DNA of 64,000 nucleotides from a virus (IMGVR_UViG_3300037067_027649:14964-78963); one strand, 5' to 3'; positions 48,011 to 58,389 are shown, counted from the stretch's first letter. Numbers and translations are program-made. The notes: generated by a model not told the origin, from the letters alone.

Positions 48011-49453
48011 ATGACAAAAGGAAATATTATTAATAATTTAACTGAGAACCAAAGAAGAGATTTTTATTTTAAAAATCATTATCCTGATTTATACAATGAA
48101 ATTATTCAAAGTAATAAATTAAATATTACATATTTTTCTCAAATTTTATATAATTATTGTTATGATATCAAAGAAATTCCTAAATGTAAAATATGTGGAA
48201 ACGAATTGAAATTTGTGAGATTCACAATTGGGTATAGAACATTTTGTTCTACAAGTTGTGCAATGCATGATAAAGATTTGATTAAAAAAAGAAATGAAAA
48301 AACTAAAAAAACATGTTTAGATAAATATGGCGTAGAAAATGTAATGCAAACAAAAGAATTTAAAGAAAAAATAAAAGAAACTTGTATTCAAAAATATGGG
48401 AAAGAATTTTTTATGCAAACTGATGAATTTAAAGAAAAAATGATAAAAAATAATAAAAAAAAATATGGTGTGGATTATTATTTTCAAACTGAAGATTTTA
48501 AAGAAAAAGTTAAAAATTATAGTTTGAATAAATATGGTATTGAACATTATAACCAAAGTGAAGAAATTATAAATAAAAAACATAAAACTAATTTAGAAAA
48601 ATATGGTAATATTTATCCAACAACATCAAAACAAGTAAAAGATAAAATAAAAGAAGCGTTTTTAAATAAATATAACTTCGAACATCATATGACATATAAA
48701 AAAGAAATGAATTTATTAAAAGATTTTTTTAAAAATAAGTCTGATGAATATTATAAAAAATATGAAAATGATATAATTTCTATTATTGATATAAATGATG
48801 ATATATTACATATGTTTGATAAAAATTGTAATCATGATTTTTATATAAACAAACAATTATTATATTTAAGAAACAAAAATAATCATAAAATATGCACTAA
48901 ATGTAATAATGTGTTTAGTAAAAATACATCATATATGGAAAAAGAGTTATTAGAATTCATTAAAAATAATGTTAAATATGGTGTTTTATATAATGTTAAA
49001 AATGTAATTAAATTAGAACTTGATATTTATATACCAGAATTGAGTGTTGCTTTTGAATTTAATGGTTTATATTGGCATAATGAATTATATAAAGATAAAT
49101 ATTATCATTATAATAAAACTAAATTATGTGAAGATAAAAATATTAGATTGTATCATGTTTATGAAGATGATTGGGTATATAATAATGAAAAAATAAAAAA
49201 TGATATTTTAAATATTTTAAATAAAAATTATTTAAAATTAAATGATGAAAATATTTTAGATAGAGGATGGAATTTATATAATATTAAAAATAAACATTAT
49301 ATTTACACAGAACCTAATTGTTATTTTATTATTGATAAAAAAAGATTTAATAGTTATTTGTTTATTAATAATAATGAATTTAACGATATTAATTTTTTAA
49401 AACAAAATGATATTTATAGAATATATGATTCTGGTTATATAAAAATAATATGA
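48011..49453 (+). CDS. homing-type endonuclease with KYG repeats and PD-(D/E)xK domain
   Basis: Repeated T..EKYG....Q; ELDIYIPEL..AFEFNGLYWH. Confidence 0.75.
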   Translation: MTKGNIINNLTENQRRDFYFKNHYPDLYNEIIQSNKLNITYFSQILYNYCYDIKEIPKCKICGNELKFVRFTIGYRTFCSTSCAMHDKDLIKKRNEKTKKTCLDKYGVENVMQTKEFKEKIKETCIQKYGKEFFMQTDEFKEKMIKNNKKKYGVDYYFQTEDFKEKVKNYSLNKYGIEHYNQSEEIINKKHKTNLEKYGNIYPTTSKQVKDKIKEAFLNKYNFEHHMTYKKEMNLLKDFFKNKSDEYYKKYENDIISIIDINDDILHMFDKNCNHDFYINKQLLYLRNKNNHKICTKCNNVFSKNTSYMEKELLEFIKNNVKYGVLYNVKNVIKLELDIYIPELSVAFEFNGLYWHNELYKDKYYHYNKTKLCEDKNIRLYHVYEDDWVYNNEKIKNDILNILNKNYLKLNDENILDRGWNLYNIKNKHYIYTEPNCYFIIDKKRFNSYLFINNNEFNDINFLKQNDIYRIYDSGYIKII

Positions 49454-49507
49454 TTTAAGGTCAGAATTTGAGTAAACATTAAAATTTAGATTTTTTAATG
49501 TCTGATA

Positions 49508-50179
49508 TTAATCTTTATTTTCAAAAATATTATTATTATTTATATTAAAAGTTCCAACATTATCAACAGATTTGATATGATTTGGAAAAAACACAACATA
49601 TATTTTTTGTTCTTTTTTCCATTCTGGTCTATCGACTATAATACCATCATAACCTAATGTTTCATATAAAACTTTATAACCTTCTTGATAATCACCAAAA
49701 ACATTTAAAATATCATGAATCATATCAACATCAGTATCATTATATTCAAATTCATCGTTAACAGCTTTTCTAAGTAAATTATTATAACCTTCATGATTAA
49801 CATCACCAATATTTGAAAGAAAATTACCAGTACCATCTTTATCTAATTTATTAATAAATTTTGCTAATTGTGGTTTTGTAATTGTTTTCTTAGTATAATT
49901 TAATGGTTTTTCTATTTTAAGGTAAGCTTGAATTAATTTACCACCTTCTTTGTTAACATAACCTTTTGCTACATCTTCTTGGTCTGTGAAATAAAAACCT
50001 TTTCCTTCTCCTGTGCCATGAGTTCCTATCATTCTATATTGAAATTCTTTAAATTCATTATCAGTACCATGATATGTAATTAAAGGATTTCCGTTATCAT
50101 CAACAACTTTTGATTTACCAAACCAATTATAAAAATTATCATTAAGATTACTTTCAAATATTTTAAATTTTGTTATCAT
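49508..50179 (-). CDS. ART-PolyVal-like protein with leader
   Basis: MITKFKIFES; WFGKSKVVD..G.PL..YHGT, G.GFYFT, AYLKIEKP, GYDG, FFPNHIKS. Confidence 0.7.
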   Translation of the reverse strand: MITKFKIFESNLNDNFYNWFGKSKVVDDNGNPLITYHGTDNEFKEFQYRMIGTHGTGEGKGFYFTDQEDVAKGYVNKEGGKLIQAYLKIEKPLNYTKKTITKPQLAKFINKLDKDGTGNFLSNIGDVNHEGYNNLLRKAVNDEFEYNDTDVDMIHDILNVFGDYQEGYKVLYETLGYDGIIVDRPEWKKEQKIYVVFFPNHIKSVDNVGTFNINNNNIFENKD

Positions 50180-50204
50180 AATATTTATATATTAAAATTT
50201 AAAT

Positions 50205-51101
50205 TTAGTCAACATAAAAAATATGTTTCAATTTTGCTGTTTTAACTAATATTTCGTCATCAGTTTCTTTTATGATATCTTTATTATCATAAACAAAATC
50301 AAAAATATTTAATTGCATATATCTATCACCAATAACATCTTTTGTGTTTATATTGGGATGATTTATTGGTTTTTCTTTCATTAAATATAAGTTTTCATAA
50401 TTGTAACCAACAACTAACTCATATATTTTTTTATTTTTTTTGTTTAATGGTATAGAAACTTCTTTAAATGATCTATATTTTGATTTTTCCATTTCTTCAT
50501 GACCTCTTATATAATAGGCATAGGCATGGTGTATCTTCTTAATAGGGTGATTTAATATAAAATTAATATAATCATCATCTTTTTTTATAACACTTTTTTC
50601 TTGAATATATAATTCTATATTTCTTTCTTTTATTAAAGTTATTATTTCTTTTAATAATTCTGGTATATTTTTTCTACCACTTTCAAAATAACCACCATCT
50701 GTTGTGAACCAAGCAGTTTCTTTTCTTAATCTTTCTAACCTACTTTTAATAATAATTATTTTTTTAATGTATTTAGATGCATTTTTAATCATATATGTTT
50801 TAACTTGTTCTTCTCTTTCATCATTAAAATATATATCAGTATTAGATTTATAAACATATGGTATTATTTTATAATTATTTGATAATTTATCACCATCAAT
50901 TTCAAGTTTAAATATAGATGCTGGACTATCACCAAGATAACCACTTAACATTTTATTTCTTGTTAATGATATATTAGAAAAATTTTTAGATGAAATTACA
51001 TTATTTTTTAAAATATAAAATAGTTTTTCAAAATCCACTATATGATATAATGAACCTAAATTTTTATATTCTAATAAAAAATCTATTAATTTTGTTTTCA
51101 T
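50205..51101 (-). CDS. DarT-like/ART-fold protein with leader
   Basis: LYH......ILKNN.I, ISLTRN, IDGDKLSNNYKI.PY, EREEQV; homologous to the 647 domains. Confidence 0.55.
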   Translation of the reverse strand: MKTKLIDFLLEYKNLGSLYHIVDFEKLFYILKNNVISSKNFSNISLTRNKMLSGYLGDSPASIFKLEIDGDKLSNNYKIIPYVYKSNTDIYFNDEREEQVKTYMIKNASKYIKKIIIIKSRLERLRKETAWFTTDGGYFESGRKNIPELLKEIITLIKERNIELYIQEKSVIKKDDDYINFILNHPIKKIHHAYAYYIRGHEEMEKSKYRSFKEVSIPLNKKNKKIYELVVGYNYENLYLMKEKPINHPNINTKDVIGDRYMQLNIFDFVYDNKDIIKETDDEILVKTAKLKHIFYVD

Positions 51102-51619
51102 TTAACAAAATTTTTTATTTTTTCTAAATCATGTTCAAGTAAACCTTTTAAACCAAAATGTTTTGGTTCAATTTTAATTAATTCATCAAAAGTTACCCAT
51201 TTAAATTTTTTTGTTTCCCAATTTAATTTTGGAGTAAATTCATTTTCAAATAAACCAATAAAATTATAATATTTAAAAGATTTATTTGGAGTTTCAAATA
51301 TATAAGCTGGAACAAGTTCAAAACAATTACAATCATAATCAGTTTCTTCTTTAAATTCTCTTCTTACTACATCTTGAATATCTGTTTGTACTTCATCTTC
51401 ATCAAGTTTACCACCCCATATACCCCATGTATTTGGTTCATTTACAAACTCTGAACGTAAAGGTAAAAGAATTCTTTTAGTTTTTAAACAAATTGGTAAA
51501 ACACCACCACCTATATTACCCCAAAATTTATGTGGTTCATCTTCAACACCATTACCAGAAAAAGCTGCATAAGCACCTTTTCCAACTTCTTTAATATAAT
51601 CTTTATAATCTTTAATCAT
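51098..51619 (-). CDS. Nudix hydrolase with leader
   Basis: WGIWGGKLDEDE......VRREFKEET Nudix box; MIKDYKDYIKE. Confidence 0.88.
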   Translation of the reverse strand: MIKDYKDYIKEVGKGAYAAFSGNGVEDEPHKFWGNIGGGVLPICLKTKRILLPLRSEFVNEPNTWGIWGGKLDEDEVQTDIQDVVRREFKEETDYDCNCFELVPAYIFETPNKSFKYYNFIGLFENEFTPKLNWETKKFKWVTFDELIKIEPKHFGLKGLLEHDLEKIKNFVK

Positions 51620-51620
51620 T

Positions 51621-52538
51621 TTATATTTTTAATTTATATTTTAAAATGTTATTTATATTTTTAATGTCTGTATATTTTATTCTTATTAAAGAAATTTTAT
51701 TATTTAAACAATATATATTTTTAATATTATCATTTCTTAGTGTATCATTAAACTTTTTAATATTTATATTATTATATGGTATAAAATGTTGTTTACCATC
51801 AAATTCTATACAAGTATTTAAATTAGGTAAATAAAAATCAAATGGTAATAAACGAATATGCCTACATTCTTTAAAAGTTTTTTGATTTTCGAATTTTATA
51901 TTATTTAATGTTAAAAATTTTTCTATTTTTCTTTCACCGTTACTTAATTTACATTTTGGACAACCAGTTTCACCTTTAACTACATTTCTACATATTGTAG
52001 TCCATTCATTTTGACATATTTTACATTTAAATTTTGCTTTTTTTGATATTTTTTCATATGTTTCTTCAAATATATCTATTTTATTATTATGATTTAAATA
52101 TAATTCATTTTTAATATAATTTATATTATAATGTAAATGGTTGGTACATTTAGGACAACATTTTTTTCCTGTATATATATTTCTCAAAAAAGCTGTCCAT
52201 TCATAAAAACAATCTAAACATTTAAATTTATATTGTTTATCTAATGAATACAAATCTAATATATTTAAAATTGAAATATTTTTTTTATTTAAAAAATTTT
52301 TAACATCATCATATTTTATTTTTGGTTTAGAACATTCAGAACAAGCATTTTTTTTATTTAATATTTTATTTATAGATAATTTAAAAATTCTTCCACATTT
52401 TTGGCATTCAAATTTACTTTCATAATGAGTTCCTAAATATTCATTTTCTGTTGTTAACATTTTTACAGTATCATCAAATTTGTTATATAATAAAGATAAT
52501 ATATTAGTATATTTTATTCTTATACTTCTTTTAATCAT
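51621..52538 (-). CDS. homing-type endonuclease
   Basis: C..C...W......CP.C repeats; PFDFYLP....IEFDGKQHF. Confidence 0.78.
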   Translation of the reverse strand: MIKRSIRIKYTNILSLLYNKFDDTVKMLTTENEYLGTHYESKFECQKCGRIFKLSINKILNKKNACSECSKPKIKYDDVKNFLNKKNISILNILDLYSLDKQYKFKCLDCFYEWTAFLRNIYTGKKCCPKCTNHLHYNINYIKNELYLNHNNKIDIFEETYEKISKKAKFKCKICQNEWTTICRNVVKGETGCPKCKLSNGERKIEKFLTLNNIKFENQKTFKECRHIRLLPFDFYLPNLNTCIEFDGKQHFIPYNNINIKKFNDTLRNDNIKNIYCLNNKISLIRIKYTDIKNINNILKYKLKI

Positions 52539-53415
52539 TTTCTTTTTTTATTTTTTCAAATGTATTAATATTCATTAAAATATATTTAGAATCAGTCCAC
52601 AATTCTCTTGGTTTATCAAATAAAACATCATCGTAATTATTATTCCAACTAAACGTAATTCTATTAAAATTATTATCTTCTGGATTAAAAATATCAATTA
52701 AAAAATTAATCAAACTTTTTTCTTTAATATCAATTATTATTTTTTTAATATTTTCATCATTATAAAAATTATTCCAATATTTAGATTTATTTAAACATGC
52801 TATAATATTATCAACAGTTTCCTCTTTAATAAAATTGTTTACTGTATTTATAAATACAAAAAAAGATGTTTCTGTAAATTTCATGTTTGATTCATAATCA
52901 AATGTATTGTTTGTTATATAATTATAAATAATTTTTAAAAATTTATTAAATATACCTAATGTTATATTATATTTTTTAAATATTTTATCAAATTGATCTT
53001 TCATGTTTATATCAAAATTATTAGAAATTGCAATATTTGCATTATTAAATGGTAACATGTAATATAGATTTTGTTTATTGTTCCAATTATTAGTATACAT
53101 ACCATAATATTTTTGTATAGTTTCAAAATCATTTAAAAAAGATGATGAATTAAATCTTTTTGGATAATTAGGCCACATAGACATAATATAATTATTAAAA
53201 TCATCACCTGTTTTAGATTTTCTAATTAAGTTTTTTGGATTAATTAAATACATTTCATCTTTATTTTTATTTATTCTTGGTTCAAACACTCTATAAAATT
53301 GTTTTTTATCTGGTGTCCATCCATATAATTCATTTTTTAATAAAGATTTGAAATAATCTAAATCAATTATATTTTCAAATTTATTATCAATATTAAATTG
53401 TTCATATGTTTTCAT
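52531..53415 (-). CDS. putative R-S-E ART-fold protein with leader
   Basis: MKTYEQF; FYR, P....RKS, W..YPKR..S, Y..LPF, ELWTDS; paralog of 61960-64000. Confidence 0.5.
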   Translation of the reverse strand: MKTYEQFNIDNKFENIIDLDYFKSLLKNELYGWTPDKKQFYRVFEPRINKNKDEMYLINPKNLIRKSKTGDDFNNYIMSMWPNYPKRFNSSSFLNDFETIQKYYGMYTNNWNNKQNLYYMLPFNNANIAISNNFDINMKDQFDKIFKKYNITLGIFNKFLKIIYNYITNNTFDYESNMKFTETSFFVFINTVNNFIKEETVDNIIACLNKSKYWNNFYNDENIKKIIIDIKEKSLINFLIDIFNPEDNNFNRITFSWNNNYDDVLFDKPRELWTDSKYILMNINTFEKIKKEND

Positions 53416-53417
53416 AT

Positions 53418-53951
53418 TTAAGCCATATTAGAATTTGTACTTTCATCATAAATAACATCTTGAATTAAATCATCAAATTCATAATGTAAATCATATTCAG
53501 TAGGTTCAAATTCAACACCATTTTTATCTTCAATGAAAGCATAATCAAAATATTCAGTTTTTTTATTTTTAGATATATAACCAGTATAAATTATACCTCT
53601 AAAATGTATTTCACCCATATAAATAACATTTTCTTTATCATCAATTATTTGTTTTAATAAAAAACATATTTCTTTTGAAGAATCAAAATATTTTTTATTT
53701 ATTACGTTTTCATCACTAAAAAAAGCTTTACCTGTTTTATCATCAAACCCACCTAAAATTTCATCATCGTCACCATTGTTATTTAATAATTTTTTAACTT
53801 CGGGTGATTCAATAGTGTCTAACTTTTGTAACATATTTTTTTCTTCTGGTGTTAATGAATCAACACCATTTTTAGAAATTTTGTCTAATAAATCATCCAT
53901 TATTTTTTCTTGATAGGATGAATAAGCTTCAAAAAGCATAATATATTTCAT
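53418..53951 (-). CDS. protein with DUF6576-like motif and leader
   Basis: MKYIMLFE; LLDKIS.NG.DSLT.EEK..L. Confidence 0.6.
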   Translation of the reverse strand: MKYIMLFEAYSSYQEKIMDDLLDKISKNGVDSLTPEEKNMLQKLDTIESPEVKKLLNNNGDDDEILGGFDDKTGKAFFSDENVINKKYFDSSKEICFLLKQIIDDKENVIYMGEIHFRGIIYTGYISKNKKTEYFDYAFIEDKNGVEFEPTEYDLHYEFDDLIQDVIYDESTNSNMA

Positions 53952-53970
53952 AATTAATATGTTTTTAATT

Positions 53971-55854
53971 TTAAATTAATTCCATAGCATTTTCTACTTT
54001 GGTTTTAATTATTTCTTTTACTTCATTTTTTGTTAAATCTTTATTTATATTTAAGATTTTTTGTATTTCATTTTGAATATATGCTACTAATAAATCATTT
54101 TGATCTGAATTTATAATTTTATCTTTATTAATAACAGTATCTATTATTTCTTGAATATTTAATTTATCAGGCATTATATTATTATCTAAAATATAGTTTT
54201 TAATATCTTGGAAATTATCATTTATATATTTTTTGATTTTATCTCTGGTGTTTATATTTTTATCATCATAAAATTTATCAATTTTATCTTTATATTTTTT
54301 AGGTAATTTATAATAGAGTTTTATTAAAGTTTGTTTATTATTTGGAAACGAATTTAAATATGTAAATTTATCTGCATATATTCTTTGTTCTCCAACTTGT
54401 TGATTACCATGTATTAATAAACCAAATTCTGATATATCACCTCTCATAGCAAGAGTATCATTAATATCAATTTTTAAACCTCTTTCTTCGGCTTCTTTAA
54501 ATGTGTTAAATAATATTCTTGTTTTTAAAACACCTTTTTCTTTTATTGAGTTAATAATATCTTCGGTATCACTTTTGAATAATCTTGTTAAATTTTCTTC
54601 TGATTCACTAAATACAAAATTTATAGGTAAACTACCTCTTTTTTCAGAAACAATTTTTAAAAAATTAATACTGGTTGTGTAAGCATAAAATAATATTTTA
54701 GGATGTAATTCTGCTACATTTAACCAAGCTGAAAGATAATCGGATGAGAAAAAATCACCAGCATCATGTACTCTAACAATGGAATTATCACTAAATCCGT
54801 TAACCATAGTGTTTAAAACTTTTGTTTTATCTTCAACAGAAGTACATAATTCTTTTAAGATTTTAAAATTAACCATCGCATTATAATATTTTGTTGGATA
54901 TAAACTTTGACCTTGAGCTCCATAACATGTGAATTTATTACCAGCAAGTTTTTTTAAAGTGCTTTTTTTAAAAAATTCATCAACAACAACTGTTGTTTTA
55001 CAATTTGTTGCATTTGGACAAGCTTTACCAGCAGGTAGAGAAAAAATATAAACATTATTATCAAGTTTTTCATTACCTTCTGAAAAATATAAAAGTTTAC
55101 CCATTTGTGATTTAGGAACATCTTTTAAACAAATATTTAAAGCTTCTGCAATTTCTTCTTCTGATGGATGTTGAAATTTTAAATCAACTTTTTCATAACC
55201 ACCTTCATTTAACCAATAAGATATATTATAACATCTAAAAAGTAAAGGTAAAACAACTTCTTGTAAAAAATAATTTAAATTAGCAATTTTATTAACATCT
55301 TCCATTTTAAATTTTTTTGCTAAAGCTTCATGTTTAGATATCAAATTATATTCAGCAAATCTATTGACAACAGTTTTTGTAGATTCAAATAATGTAAATA
55401 TTCTATTATAATCATTATAATTTTTATCTTGTTCAAGTTTTTCTATTTCTGTTTTTATTTCTTTGGATTTTTTTAATAAATCTTTGCTTAAATATTTACT
55501 AAATTCATCAATAGATTTATCAATTATAGAATATTCTGCACATTTTTCAATTAAATGATTAAATATTTTTATTAAACCACCAGAATAACCATCTTTTATT
55601 ATTTTAGCACCTAGTGTATCATTATTTAATTCATCTAATTTAGATGTATATAAACACAATTTTATTAAATATTGTCTATATTTTTTCTCATCATATTCAC
55701 CTAATCTTTTTATTTTAATATCTTTTAATTCTGTTTCAAAATCATCTTTTAAACTTTCATTTAATTTCTTAGCTGAATTGAAAACTATTTCATCAAAATT
55801 TTCAATGAAATATTCAGGGGAATTAAAATATTTGTAATCATTAACATAATTCAT
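53971..55854 (-). CDS. Gp88-like (radical-SAM-related) domain protein with long extensions
   Basis: FSLPAG.ACP.A..C, CY, VRVHD.GDF.S..Y...W......P...FYAYT, F.L.IHG.Q. Confidence 0.7.
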   Translation of the reverse strand: MNYVNDYKYFNSPEYFIENFDEIVFNSAKKLNESLKDDFETELKDIKIKRLGEYDEKKYRQYLIKLCLYTSKLDELNNDTLGAKIIKDGYSGGLIKIFNHLIEKCAEYSIIDKSIDEFSKYLSKDLLKKSKEIKTEIEKLEQDKNYNDYNRIFTLFESTKTVVNRFAEYNLISKHEALAKKFKMEDVNKIANLNYFLQEVVLPLLFRCYNISYWLNEGGYEKVDLKFQHPSEEEIAEALNICLKDVPKSQMGKLLYFSEGNEKLDNNVYIFSLPAGKACPNATNCKTTVVVDEFFKKSTLKKLAGNKFTCYGAQGQSLYPTKYYNAMVNFKILKELCTSVEDKTKVLNTMVNGFSDNSIVRVHDAGDFFSSDYLSAWLNVAELHPKILFYAYTTSINFLKIVSEKRGSLPINFVFSESEENLTRLFKSDTEDIINSIKEKGVLKTRILFNTFKEAEERGLKIDINDTLAMRGDISEFGLLIHGNQQVGEQRIYADKFTYLNSFPNNKQTLIKLYYKLPKKYKDKIDKFYDDKNINTRDKIKKYINDNFQDIKNYILDNNIMPDKLNIQEIIDTVINKDKIINSDQNDLLVAYIQNEIQKILNINKDLTKNEVKEIIKTKVENAMELI

Positions 55855-56116
55855 AATATTATATAAATATTTTTCTTTTATATATTAAAAAAATAAGATA
55901 ATATTATTTATTTTAATGGTAATTCATAAACTCTAACATAATTAACTAAAATTTTTATATAATAATTTTTATTATCTAATTCTATTATAATATATTCATG
56001 ATTATTTATATCATAATTTATAACTACTATTATCTCTCATTTCTATCTCATATTTAGATATAAATTTAATAAGAGGTTTATTTTTAAATTGTTTTTTATC
56101 AAATATAAGATGATGA

Positions 56117-56713
56117 TTAAATTTTATCAACTTTTAAATTTAATTTTTTTTCTACCATATATTTTATTAAAAATTTTAAAGAATATGCAAAAATTGGATA
56201 TTTTTTAAAAAAATCTAAAAAGAAATTATAATCATATGTAAGTGTTTTAGTAGTTTTCTCCCAAAAAAATATACTTTTAGAATCTAATTTAAAATCAATA
56301 ATATTTAAAAGTTCTTTTATTTCTAATTTATCAAATACATCATTTAAATATACTTCAAAATCTTTGTTTTCATTTTGGTGTAAACCTAATTTATATTTTT
56401 CTACTACATAAATAAAATCTTTAGGTAAAAATCCATATAAATTTTTATTATACAAAACATATTTTATTTGTTCTTTGTTATCAATAACTGTTAAAAAATC
56501 AAATAAACGATTTAAATTAAAACTTTGTAAATTTGAATTAAAATCAATATCTTTATCTAAAACATATTTAATACCAGCAAAAAAATTATTTTTTAATGAT
56601 TCCGAAAGTATTTTTTCATCAGGAAGATTTTTTAAAGAATTAAGAATATCTCCATCAGATTTAGGTTTCATTTTGTCACGAAGACTCTCATTATATGTTT
56701 TTAAATATTTCAT
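56117..56713 (-). CDS. chimeric protein: ankyrin-type leader plus 23340-family domain
   Basis: MKYLKTYNESLRDKMKPKSD; C-terminal ..IK..VE..L.LKV. Confidence 0.65.
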   Translation of the reverse strand: MKYLKTYNESLRDKMKPKSDGDILNSLKNLPDEKILSESLKNNFFAGIKYVLDKDIDFNSNLQSFNLNRLFDFLTVIDNKEQIKYVLYNKNLYGFLPKDFIYVVEKYKLGLHQNENKDFEVYLNDVFDKLEIKELLNIIDFKLDSKSIFFWEKTTKTLTYDYNFFLDFFKKYPIFAYSLKFLIKYMVEKKLNLKVDKI

Positions 56714-56783
56714 AACACTATATATAAAAAATTATAATTAAACCTGAAAAGTTTTAATATATAAATAAAAATAAATTTATAAT

Positions 56784-57461
56784 ATGGCTGATAATGAGAT
56801 TAAACAAAAAATTAATAATAGTATAACTCAATTAGAAGATCAAATAAATTCTATATCGGATGAATTAAATATAGACCCTGAAAATTATTTTCCAAGTGAA
56901 AAGGATTTACCTGGGTTGGGATTAGAAATAAAAATATTTGATTATGAAGGAGAAATATTAAAAATAAAAGATGAATGTAGAGAAACATTATCATGTCTTT
57001 CCAGTTTATATTTAAGTGAAGAAATTATAGAAAGAAAAAACGTGTTTAATATTATACAGAATGATGCAAATTTATTAAGTGATTTAAAATTTTCATTATC
57101 TATGTCAAAAAGAGCTTTAATATCATTAATGTCACAAATTGATGCTGGTGTAAATCATCCAGATATGTACGAAGCAGTTGGTACATCTCAAAAAGAAATT
57201 AGAGAAACAATAAAAATGTTATACGACACACAAAAAAGGATGAAAGAATTTTATAAAGAATTAAAAACTGAATTAGGTGAAATAAATATTGGTAATGATA
57301 AAAACGATCAACAACCAAAAATAATTGACGAAGTTCTTACACCAACAGATACAAAATTAATAAATCAATTGATAGAAGAGTTTAGAGAAAATCCTGATTT
57401 ATTATCAAATGAAATAAAGAAAATTGAAAAGAAAAAAGAAACAAGAAAAAATAAAAAATAA
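56784..57461 (+). CDS. hypothetical protein, possible terminase small subunit
   Basis: Helical; HPDMYEAV resembles the HPRAYEV motif of T4-like gp16; late motif upstream. Confidence 0.35.
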   Translation: MADNEIKQKINNSITQLEDQINSISDELNIDPENYFPSEKDLPGLGLEIKIFDYEGEILKIKDECRETLSCLSSLYLSEEIIERKNVFNIIQNDANLLSDLKFSLSMSKRALISLMSQIDAGVNHPDMYEAVGTSQKEIRETIKMLYDTQKRMKEFYKELKTELGEINIGNDKNDQQPKIIDEVLTPTDTKLINQLIEEFRENPDLLSNEIKKIEKKKETRKNKK

Positions 57462-57496
57462 TTGTGTTCTTTTTAGTTTATTCTGTTGTACTATTT

Positions 57497-57919
57497 TTAG
57501 TTTATTCTGTTTTTATTAATTAATAATTCAATATTTGATTTACATATAGGACTTATTATAATATCAAAAAATTCCATATCATTTAAAATTATTGTATTAT
57601 AGATATCATCTTTTAATTCTTTAAATTTATCATTATACATCATATCTTCTGAAAATTTTATTTCATATTTTGGATTTAATAATTCTTCAATATATTCATC
57701 TGAATATGGTATAAAATCTAATTTTCTTATAACAACAGATACTCTATTTTCATTTGGATTTTTTGTTATAAAATATGCATGTAAATCATAATTTGGATAT
57801 GTTTCTTTTAATTCATTATTTATATTTTGTTTAATTTGTTCTAAATCATTATCAGAAAAACTTTGTTTTTCATTAATATTTTTATTTTTAAATTCTTCGT
57901 ATAATTTTAAATATTTCAT
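57497..57919 (-). CDS. hypothetical protein with leader
   Basis: MKYLKLYEEF...INE. Confidence 0.65.
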   Translation of the reverse strand: MKYLKLYEEFKNKNINEKQSFSDNDLEQIKQNINNELKETYPNYDLHAYFITKNPNENRVSVVIRKLDFIPYSDEYIEELLNPKYEIKFSEDMMYNDKFKELKDDIYNTIILNDMEFFDIIISPICKSNIELLINKNRIN

Positions 57920-58389
57920 TCTGTTGCACCATATTTTTTAAGTAATTCAACTATATCATTAAATTTTTTATAAAAAGCTAAATCTAAAGCTGTTCTTCCA
58001 AATCTATTTTTAATATTAATGTCTGCACCATTTTGAATTAATAATTTAATAATTTCTTTTTGATTATTCATAGTAGCTATTATTAAAGCTACATTTTCAT
58101 TATAATTTCTAATATTAATATCTGCACCATTTTGAATTAATAATTCAGCTATTTTTTTATCACCGTTAACTGATGTATACATTAAAGCCGTCCACCCATG
58201 TTTATCTTTAACATTAATATCAACACCATTTTCTATTGCTTTTTTAACACCTTTTAAAAAATTATTTTCAGTAGATTTAAATAATAATTCATTTGGTGTT
58301 AAATTACTTAAACCTTTTAAAATTTCTTCATCAGATTTAGGTTTCATTTTATCCCTAAGACTTTCGTTATATGTTTTTAAATATTTCAT
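57916..58389 (-). CDS. ankyrin-repeat protein with shared leader
   Basis: Probable start at 58389, MKYLKTYNESLRDKMKPKSDEEIL; 3-4 ANK repeats. Confidence 0.92.
   Translation of the reverse strand: MKYLKTYNESLRDKMKPKSDEEILKGLSNLTPNELLFKSTENNFLKGVKKAIENGVDINVKDKHGWTALMYTSVNGDKKIAELLIQNGADINIRNYNENVALIIATMNNQKEIIKLLIQNGADINIKNRFGRTALDLAFYKKFNDIVELLKKYGATE

Noticed and set aside
49461-49504. Weak AT-rich hairpin between convergent genes
   Set aside because: Most simply a terminator-like stem; too AT-rich to support more.
55890-56116. Protein-like reading in shifted frames after 56117..56713
   Set aside because: It needs two frameshifts and has no recognisable motif; it cannot be distinguished from AT-rich noise.
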